A DNA stretch of 64,000 bases from IMG/VR virus record IMGVR_UViG_3300021368_000002; one strand, given 5' to 3'. Origin of the DNA: a virus. Taxonomy: Duplodnaviria; Caudoviricetes. Made by a program: the position numbers and the translations under genes. This document shows positions 63,999 through 64,000 of this stretch, piece after piece; the stretch's first letter is position 1, and the number at the start of each line of letters is the position of its first letter. Under the pieces are notes generated by a model. The model searched no databases and was not told the origin of the DNA. It saw only the letters and a list, made by a program, of their open reading frames with translations.

Positions 63999-64000
63999 GT

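Noticed and set aside
1-64000. Stop-codon reassignment (code 4, 15 or 25) in this DNA
   Set aside because: Genes tile the window almost without gaps under code 11, with ORFs up to >10 kb. TAG ends genes at sensible domain boundaries and TGA does not occur in frame.
1-64000. tRNA, rRNA or other structured ncRNA genes
   Set aside because: No intergenic gap exceeds about 75 nt and none shows cloverleaf or T-loop (GTTCRA) context.

Overview
This 64 kb window looks like the virion-structure region of a large, AT-rich T4-like (myovirus-type) bacteriophage. I call 31 tightly packed CDSs and see no rRNA, tRNA, CRISPR array, integrase or transposase. Five + strand genes (1-3763) encode the C-terminal part of a probable gp15-like tail-completion protein, a Nudix hydrolase and a nucleotide-heptose module (hldE, hldD, cupin) behind a near-consensus, apparently leaderless sigma70 promoter. 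Twenty-six - strand genes (3738 to beyond 64000) form a late-type block. It holds seven very large mosaic fibre/baseplate proteins (1.4 to >3.4 kaa), small adaptor paralogs, three Cys-rich/Gly-rich ~245 aa paralogs with two tail-fibre chaperone paralogs, a GT9-like glycosyltransferase and a NodU/CmcH-type carbamoyltransferase. Nine intergenic (N)(N)TAAATA motifs resemble T4 late promoters. The most notable signals are: (i) a possible virion or surface glycosylation system (NDP-heptose synthesis, GT9-like transferase, carbamoyltransferase); (ii) a hairpin that could act as terminator, SD-sequestering stem and late promoter directly in front of the transferase; (iii) an identical 17-nt leader before two unrelated giant fibre genes; (iv) complete type-1-copper-like ligand sets in three virion proteins; (v) no TGA stop among 31 genes. 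All family assignments come from motif recognition by eye, with no database search, and internal domain coordinates are approximate.
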